Below, in pieces: positions 24,764 to 30,481 of a stretch of DNA of 50,614 nt (the stretch's first letter is position 1; each line of letters starts with the position of its first letter). Both the position numbers and the translations under genes were made by a program. Below the pieces are notes generated by a model. That model ran no database searches. It saw only the letters and a list, made by a program, of their open reading frames with translations, and had not been told where the DNA came from. The DNA is from a virus. The DNA lies in the IMG/VR virus record IMGVR_UViG_3300031992_000143, positions 1 through 50,614 of that record; one strand, 5' to 3'.

Positions 24764-25064
24764 AATTTACTTAAAAGCCCTCCGGGCCGCATTTTACCAC
24801 AACACAACGGTATAATGAACCCATATCTATTGACCGCCCGGAGGGCGAACTTTTGAAAATTGCGTCGCCCATAACAGGACTTTGGGGACGCGATGGCGCG
24901 GCGAGGCGGCTCGTAGAGATTCTCCATTTTTGCTTACCGCCCACGCCACTAGGCGGCATAAAAATAGCTGTATAAGCTGATGCCAACGAAGACGGGTAAA
25001 ACGCCGCGCCTCCACCCGCAGGCCATAACTGCGGGAACGGAATTGAAACGAGGATAGACGACTA

Positions 25065-26009
25065 ATGACTGATTCCGAAATCATCGCCAAGCTGAAACGC
25101 GAACCTGCCGAAGAATTGCGGCGGCTTCAACGCAAGCCATTCGAGTGGAAGGTGGAACATGCGATTGATGTTATCCGGGAGTTTGTGGAACACGAAGGCG
25201 AGAACGGCGTTTATGTCTCGTTTAGCGGTGGCAAGGATTCACTTGTCCTTCTGCAACTCGTGCGCTCCATCTATCCCGATGTGCCTGCCGTATTCGCGAA
25301 TACTGGCATAGAGTTTCCTGAACAGGTGAAGTTCGTGCGGACTTTCCCGAACGTTACAGAGGTTTATCCTATTAAGCATTTCCCGAAAATCATCAAGGAG
25401 GACGGCATCGTGTTCCCAAGCAAAGAAGTTGCCATGTATATCAAGGCCGCCAAGGGTGACGCTACATACGCCGTAAACGGATTGAAAGGACTTGACACGG
25501 ACGGAAAGGAAAACAGCTACAAGGCACGATTCAAGAAGTGGGCCTACCTGATGGATTGCGGTGTCAAGATTTCACCTGACTGTTGCAAACTTATGAAAGA
25601 ACGCCCGATGCGCGATTACGAAAAGTCGAACGGCAAAAGTCCCATAATCGGAACTCGCGCAGAAGAATCTTTTAGGCGAGCTGTCGGGTGGATGAAAAGT
25701 GGATGCAACTCTTTTGCGGGCAATCGCGCGAAAAGCACGCCGTTGTCCTTGTGGCTGGAAGCCGACGTCCTTCGTTACATTGACGAGAATGGCATCAAGA
25801 TGTCGCCAATGTACACCGAGGGAGGAATGAAGCGTACAGGTTGTATGTTCTGCCCGGTGCCGATTGCTCACGGGGATTTAACCAACATTGAGTATGCAAG
25901 AACGCATCACCCGAAGATTTACGAAACAATGATGATAAAGCACGGGCTTAAGGCGATGCTTGATAAAGCCAAGAACCACAACGGACAACTGGAGTTTTTC
26001 AATGGCTAA
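25065..26009 (+). CDS. PAPS-reductase-family (PP-loop ATP pyrophosphatase, DndC/IbrA-like) protein
   Basis: 314 aa. PP-loop motif VSFSGGKDS, plus ISPDCCKLMKERP, IIGTRAEES and a C-terminal CMFCP. ACGAGGA RBS. Confidence 0.9.
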   Translation: MTDSEIIAKLKREPAEELRRLQRKPFEWKVEHAIDVIREFVEHEGENGVYVSFSGGKDSLVLLQLVRSIYPDVPAVFANTGIEFPEQVKFVRTFPNVTEVYPIKHFPKIIKEDGIVFPSKEVAMYIKAAKGDATYAVNGLKGLDTDGKENSYKARFKKWAYLMDCGVKISPDCCKLMKERPMRDYEKSNGKSPIIGTRAEESFRRAVGWMKSGCNSFAGNRAKSTPLSLWLEADVLRYIDENGIKMSPMYTEGGMKRTGCMFCPVPIAHGDLTNIEYARTHHPKIYETMMIKHGLKAMLDKAKNHNGQLEFFNG

Positions 26010-26304
26010 TTGGGAATCCGAAATTCGCGAGGCGATATTGCGACACGGACAATTTTCCACGACCTGCCTCGAAAAAGAACCGGTAAAAAGAAACAGAAAC
26101 AATCTTGCTAAAAATTGGCGCAAAAAGAACCCAGACAAGATCAAGAACGCCGTTGAAAAATGGAGAGAGAAGAATCCCGGCAAGCAAAGCGGTTACCAGA
26201 AAAAATGGGCTACAAAAAATCCCGATTACTGGAAGAACTACAACAAGTTACACCCCGAAAAGAAAAAGGAATGGAACAAGAGATGGCGGGAAAAGAAAAA
26301 TTAG
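26002..26304 (+). CDS. basic W-x3-N-P-x-K repeat protein (paralog family)
   Basis: ORF 25960..26304 trimmed to ATG 26002 (ATGGCTAA overlap with the upstream stop). Repeats: NWRKKNPDK, KWREKNPGK, KWATKNPDY, NKLHPEKK, RWREKK. Confidence 0.7.
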   Translation: MANWESEIREAILRHGQFSTTCLEKEPVKRNRNNLAKNWRKKNPDKIKNAVEKWREKNPGKQSGYQKKWATKNPDYWKNYNKLHPEKKKEWNKRWREKKN

Positions 26305-26747
26305 CTGGCGGCGTGAACGCTTTGTTGCTCGCACGTAAAAAGCTCGCCGCGACAGACATCGCAAAGTTCGCACCGCCGTCCAAAAGGAAGAAGGCCGAGC
26401 CGGATCCGCCGAAGTTCACGAAGCCAGCCGTGAAGATGAGCGCAGCCGAGCGCAAGGCGAAGCAGAAGGCATACGCCCACGCCTACTACCTCGCCCACAA
26501 GGACGAGAAAAAGAAGCGCGATGCTGAGTACCGCCAAAAGAACCCCGAAGTCTACCGAAGCAACAGCCTTCAATGGTACTACGACCACAAGGAGCATTGC
26601 AGCCAGAAGAACCGCGAGTGGCGGGAAACGCACAAGGAGCAGAAATTGCAAGCCCACCGCAAGTGGATGGCGAATCACCCAGGCTACTACACCAATGAAG
26701 CGAAACTCAAACGCAAGGAGAAACGGGATAATGGACGAACAGCATAA
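26283..26747 (+). CDS. basic (W/Y)-x3-N/H-x-E-K repeat protein in the -1 frame of the upstream paralog
   Basis: ORF 26160..26747. Independent start candidates are ATG 26271 and 26283. Repeats: AYYLAHKDEKK, EYRQKNPEVY, QWYYDHKEHC, REWRETHKEQ, RKWMANHPGY. Confidence 0.6.
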   Translation: MAGKEKLAGGVNALLLARKKLAATDIAKFAPPSKRKKAEPDPPKFTKPAVKMSAAERKAKQKAYAHAYYLAHKDEKKKRDAEYRQKNPEVYRSNSLQWYYDHKEHCSQKNREWRETHKEQKLQAHRKWMANHPGYYTNEAKLKRKEKRDNGRTA

Positions 26748-27117
26748 AAATGAACAGAATACCACCGAGCAGGAAGCCGACATCATGAACAAGAAAAAGA
26801 TAAACGCCTTCGACTGCATTTGCGTAACCGATGTAAGAATAATCCCGATTATGCAAATTGAGGGACTGACACACACCAAGGCACTCGCAGAAATCGTTTT
26901 TAACGACTAGCTATTGATCCGCGGCATCCGAGTAGTGGAAGGCGAGAATGGACTTTACATATCGTACCCGTTCCCGTTCCATCCGACAACGGACGAAGAC
27001 GGACAACCAAGAAGTTTCGTTTTCCCTATAACAAATGCGTTACGCGACCATGTGGAAGCGGTGGTGCTGGAAAAATACCAGGACACCGTCAATAACGAAA
27101 AAGTAACAAATAAATAA
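26731..27117 (+). pseudogene. spoVG: SpoVG-family gene interrupted by a single in-frame TAG (pseudogene or stop-codon readthrough)
   Basis: Both halves share one frame: ...CICVTDVRIIPIMQIEGLTHTKALAEIVFND-TAG(26908-26910)-LLIRGIRVVEGENGLYISYPFPF...FVFPITNALRDHVEAVVLEKYQ. This aligns by eye with SpoVG (TDVRL...[28 protein letters not shown]...HPI...R..I...VL..Y). Start is ATG 26731 (AAGGAG) or ATG 26785. Confidence 0.75.
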
Positions 27118-27118
27118 G

Positions 27119-27147
27119 TTGCGCTTCATGAGATAATTTTCTATAAT
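27119..27147 (+). promoter_or_regulatory. sigma70-type promoter TTGCGC-N17-TATAAT
   Basis: -35 at 27119-27124 and a perfect -10 at 27142-27147. Begins 2 nt after the spoVG stop, at the head of a 420-nt region with no ORF of 60 aa or more. Confidence 0.5.
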
Positions 27148-27153
27148 AAATCA

Positions 27154-27510
27154 CGGCTCGTTAGGACTTTGTCGGGAAAATCGTTTTTTTTCATTTGACG
27201 AACCTCGCCCGCACAAACCATGGATCGACGCCATGGGAGCCTCTAAGAAACGCCGATGGGTGCATGACACAACAGACCAAAACACAACCAAAAAAACTTT
27301 CTTCGTCGGTCTGTCCGTAAACATACTGCGACCGCACCCGGAGGCAGACCTTTAACAAAACGGCGATGCACCGAACGGCGCAAAGCCAGCGCGGGGTAAC
27401 TTATCATTTTCTCCTTCTTCTAAATTCTCAATAAGTTACACGACCCCCGCGTGAAGGGCGGCTAAAAGCGGTTCTATATTCCCCTTCTCCCTCTTTTAGC
27501 CGTCCAAAAT
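27154..27510 (+). ncRNA. candidate structured non-coding RNA or long structured 5' leader
   Basis: No ORF of 60 aa or more in any of the six frames across 27118-27537. Helices: CCATGG-N7-CCATGG (27218-27236); CAGACC/GGTCTG/CAGACC alternative pairings; a 15-bp interrupted hairpin at 27390-27451; a 12-bp hairpin at 27457-27504 followed by an A4T6 run. Both terminal loops are CU-rich (TTCTCCTTCTTC, TTCCCCTTCTCCCTC). Confidence 0.35.
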
Positions 27511-27537
27511 TTTTTACAAACAACAGAGGCAAATCAA

Positions 27538-28095
27538 ATGAAAAACCATGCCCCCCACCACAAGGATATAGCCGACATTCTCGGCTCGGTTCACGACCGC
27601 GACCACTACACCGTGATTCGCGATTTTTTCGAGCTTTCAGCCATATCTATCCGCAACAATTTCGACCACGGCCCGGAACACTCAAATTTTGAAAAAAGGT
27701 ACATGGAAATAGCGCAGGGCTACAAAAAGGAATACCTGGAAGGATTCGCCACGGCTCTAGGGATGCTCGGCAAGAAAATCCAGGACGCGGTAAACGGTAA
27801 CGCGCCATTTGCAGACTGGGCGGGCGAGCTCTACATGGATTCTGGAACCAGCAACGGCAAGGCGGGCCAGTTCTTTACGCCCTATTCCGTGTCGCAATGT
27901 ATGGCTAGAATAAATTTTCCGAAAGACGAGGTGAGAGCTAAACTTGGCGACGATCCGAACAGCGCGACCGTCCCGAAGTCGAGCGAGCCGCAGGAAAATG
28001 CTCCAGAGACTCCAAAAGAAGAACCCCAGCTAGCCACGGCGATGGCTGAAACGGCCCCAAATTGCGACGAAAACGGGCAATTTTCACTTTTTTAG
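27538..28095 (+). CDS. N6-adenine DNA methyltransferase N-terminal fragment (ends before motif I) fused to a Pro/Glu-rich tail
   Basis: 185 aa. WAGELYMDSGTSNGKAGQFFTPYSVSQCMARI is the motif-X/FxTP region of gamma-class N6 methyltransferases. No DPxCGSG or NPPF/Y follows in any frame before the next promoter. Confidence 0.65.
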   Translation: MKNHAPHHKDIADILGSVHDRDHYTVIRDFFELSAISIRNNFDHGPEHSNFEKRYMEIAQGYKKEYLEGFATALGMLGKKIQDAVNGNAPFADWAGELYMDSGTSNGKAGQFFTPYSVSQCMARINFPKDEVRAKLGDDPNSATVPKSSEPQENAPETPKEEPQLATAMAETAPNCDENGQFSLF

Positions 28096-28166
28096 GGCCT
28101 AATTTGCAGATTTTCCGAGTTTTTAGCGATGTAAGCAAAAAATAAGAAAAATCTTTGACTTACCTC

Positions 28167-28195
28167 TTGACTACTGTCAATAAATTATGTATATT
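28167..28195 (+). promoter_or_regulatory. sigma70-type early promoter TTGACT-N17-TATATT with the conserved box; its -35 lies inside the palindrome TTGAC-TACT-GTCAA
   Basis: -35 at 28167-28172, -10 at 28190-28195, palindrome at 28167-28180. AGCGAGGA RBS to ATG 28230. Confidence 0.55.
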
Positions 28196-28229
28196 ATGTA
28201 TATAGATAACAACAAAAAGCGAGGAAATC

Positions 28230-28532
28230 ATGACGAACTTTGAAAACTGCTACGAAGCGAAGGAAGCCTTTTGGAAAATCTGGAAGAAGAACAAGGTTTG
28301 CGGCCTTTCGCGCACCGACATCGACATCTTCGACGGTATCGTTTCTTTTTTCAGCAAGAACGTCGAAGAAATGGACTGCTTCGGAAAGTTCCAGGGATTT
28401 GCCGCAAAAATCCTCACTCGCAACGAAGTCAAGATGTGCTCCAAAGGCTATGCCTTCCTTGCTGCAATTAAGGATGAAGAATTCGCACACCGCATCTGCA
28501 CTAGCGAAAAACTCTGGAATATGGCTGCTTAA
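28230..28532 (+). CDS. hypothetical protein
   Basis: 100-aa ORF, the first gene after the promoter. Confidence 0.75.
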   Translation: MTNFENCYEAKEAFWKIWKKNKVCGLSRTDIDIFDGIVSFFSKNVEEMDCFGKFQGFAAKILTRNEVKMCSKGYAFLAAIKDEEFAHRICTSEKLWNMAA

Positions 28533-28567
28533 AAAAAAATAAAACCTTTAACAACGAGGAAAATCAA

Positions 28568-29047
28568 ATGAAATTCACAAAAAAAGCATTCCGTGCGGCG
28601 CTCAAGGCCAACGATCAAACCGAAGTATGGCATCTTGCCGCGATCAAGATTGGCCGAATCCCGACGAGGCACGAGGTCTACACGATGGTCAAGGAAATCT
28701 CGAACTCCCAGCGCGACGCCGGGAGAGCCTTCTCCATCGCCTACAACTCCATCCGCAAGGACGCCCAGCGCAAGGCAATCGACGAGGCCTGGATGCGCCG
28801 CGGAGCCTACCGCCAGAACGACGGCAGGGCCGACGCGCTGGATATGCTGCGCCGCCTGCTGACGGAAAACTGCGGCAATTACACGAAGGTGCCGATGCTC
28901 GGGCATACGCGCCTCTACTTCTGCCATCCTGGCTACGGCCACGCAGACTACAATAAGGTACGCACCTGCGCCATCGAAGGCAACGAGGAATTTGTAAACA
29001 AAATCGTCAAGATTGGCGAAAAATTCATGGCAAAACACAACATCTAA
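28568..29047 (+). CDS. hypothetical protein
   Basis: 159-aa ORF with ACGAGGA RBS. Confidence 0.8.
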   Translation: MKFTKKAFRAALKANDQTEVWHLAAIKIGRIPTRHEVYTMVKEISNSQRDAGRAFSIAYNSIRKDAQRKAIDEAWMRRGAYRQNDGRADALDMLRRLLTENCGNYTKVPMLGHTRLYFCHPGYGHADYNKVRTCAIEGNEEFVNKIVKIGEKFMAKHNI

Positions 29048-29063
29048 AAAAGAGGATAAACAA

Positions 29064-29330
29064 ATGAAAGTCATCAAATGCGAACGTGTGGATAACCCAT
29101 TTTACAAGGCCTTGGTAGAAAATCCGTGCATCAGGACTGAAAAAGAATTTGACACCGAAAAAGAGGCGAACGAATTTATCAACGCCGATATTGACGAATA
29201 CCTAGCCAAGCATGACGGCAACGACATCAAGGCCATAAAGATAGAGCTCGAATGGCAAGTTGGCGCAAGCATAAAGGACAATTCTAGGTTCGGGGGTCTA
29301 AACATCTATTACTCAAAACGAAGCTGGTAA
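29064..29330 (+). CDS. hypothetical protein
   Basis: ORF 29013..29330 trimmed to ATG 29064 (AGAGGA RBS). 88 aa. Confidence 0.7.
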   Translation: MKVIKCERVDNPFYKALVENPCIRTEKEFDTEKEANEFINADIDEYLAKHDGNDIKAIKIELEWQVGASIKDNSRFGGLNIYYSKRSW

Positions 29331-29376
29331 AACCGCAAAACAATTCACCACAACAAAAAAAACAGGAGAAACCCAA

Positions 29377-29553
29377 ATGGCTATCAAAGAAAGAACCACA
29401 ATCATGATCGACCGCGAGCTGCTCACCGAGGCGCAGAACACCGCCGCACGAATCGGCATCCCGCTGGCAGTTGCAGGGAGTACATCGAAATTCTTGCGGT
29501 ACTTGCTCCAGGACTTCAACGCGAAGAATCCGAAGCACTCCAAGAAGGCTTAA
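29377..29553 (+). CDS. small ribbon-helix-helix (CopG/Arc-like) protein (58 aa)
   Basis: Below the track cutoff. AGGAG at 29364-29368. Sequence MAIKERTTIMIDRELLTEAQNTAARIGIPLAVAGSTSKFLRYLLQDFNAKNPKHSKKA. Confidence 0.6.
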   Translation: MAIKERTTIMIDRELLTEAQNTAARIGIPLAVAGSTSKFLRYLLQDFNAKNPKHSKKA

Positions 29554-29575
29554 TCACGAATAAAAGAGGCATCAA

Positions 29576-29863
29576 ATGAAAATCAAAAAATCCGTACATT
29601 TAATGGTCGTAATCGGCCTTGAAAAAGGTCAAGACCGAATCCGTTGCACCGAAGATGAATTTGAAGAAGCCGCAAAGTTCGGCGTCCGCGATCCGTTCCG
29701 CAAGAACCGATTTGTTGCGGCGTTTTCGGTTTACGAAGATACAAAGGGCGGTTTCTTCGCATACTTTAGCGAGGCCTTCAAGATCGCAGCCCGCAAGGCT
29801 TGGGGAATCGTGCCGAACGAACAGGCCGATAAAACGAAAAACAAGGGAGCCAAAAATGATTAA
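29576..29863 (+). CDS. hypothetical protein
   Basis: 95-aa ORF with AGAGG RBS. Confidence 0.7.
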   Translation: MKIKKSVHLMVVIGLEKGQDRIRCTEDEFEEAAKFGVRDPFRKNRFVAAFSVYEDTKGGFFAYFSEAFKIAARKAWGIVPNEQADKTKNKGAKND

Positions 29864-30476
29864 CCATGAACAGATAGCCGCATACCGTGAAATGGCAAAG
29901 AACGCAAGCGAGAACAGCATGGAAGCCCAGATCAGGGCCAACCTTGAATCGACCTGCGACAAGTTCGCGGGAAATGAAGACAAGTTCGACCGTTGCATGT
30001 TATTCCTTAAGAAAGTCTGTCTTGAAATGCTAGGCGGAGAGGACGCAGCCGAAGGCGACGAAAACAGGAGCTACAGGACACTTTCTGGCGATATTCCCGA
30101 CGAGGTGTGTTTCCGAATCTGCCGCGACTACTTCAACGACGAAATCTGGAAGGCCGAAGACGAGGAAAACGAACGCAAGAAGGCCGAAGAAGAACGACTC
30201 GCAAAGGAAAAGGCCGAAAAGGAAAAGAACGCCCCTGCGAAGTCTGCAAAGAACAAAAAGAAAGCTCCGGCAAAACCCACGAATCCGGCGCCCGATCCTG
30301 AACCGGAAAAGGAAAAGGCCGAAAAGCCGGTTGCCGTTGTCAAGGAAGAACCTGTGACGGCTGACTCGCTCGTCAAGAAGGTTGCGGAACGCAACCGCCT
30401 GATTATCGAGGCCAACAACAAGAGACTCGGAATCGGTCTCGCTGAAACCATCGACCTTTTCGGAACGGGAAAATAG
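29856..30476 (+). CDS. PcfK-like protein (family that includes AcrIIA9) with a Lys/Glu/Pro-rich linker
   Basis: ORF 29619..30476 trimmed to ATG 29856 (AAGGGAG RBS). The regions CDKFAGNEDKFDRCMLFLKKVCLEML and IPDEVCFRICRDYFNDE resemble PcfK-like proteins. It is followed by a PcfJ-like gene, as in conjugative elements. Confidence 0.5.
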   Translation: MINHEQIAAYREMAKNASENSMEAQIRANLESTCDKFAGNEDKFDRCMLFLKKVCLEMLGGEDAAEGDENRSYRTLSGDIPDEVCFRICRDYFNDEIWKAEDEENERKKAEEERLAKEKAEKEKNAPAKSAKNKKKAPAKPTNPAPDPEPEKEKAEKPVAVVKEEPVTADSLVKKVAERNRLIIEANNKRLGIGLAETIDLFGTGK

Positions 30477-30481
30477 AAGCC

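Noticed and set aside
26908-26910. Genome-wide reassignment of TAG to a sense codon (recoded phage)
   Set aside because: TAG terminates several well-delimited genes at positions where the next gene starts immediately (45977-45979, 48895-48897, 26302-26304, 33682-34). The structural genes contain no in-frame TAG. Only local readthrough or a nonsense mutation remains possible.
27233-27364. 43-codon ORF (MGASKKRRWVHDTTDQNTTKKTFFVGLSVNILRPHPEADL) inside the candidate ncRNA region
   Set aside because: It has no Shine-Dalgarno sequence in a genome where nearly every gene has one, and the ATG lies inside the CCATGG-N7-CCATGG hairpin. It is kept only as an alternative to be excluded.
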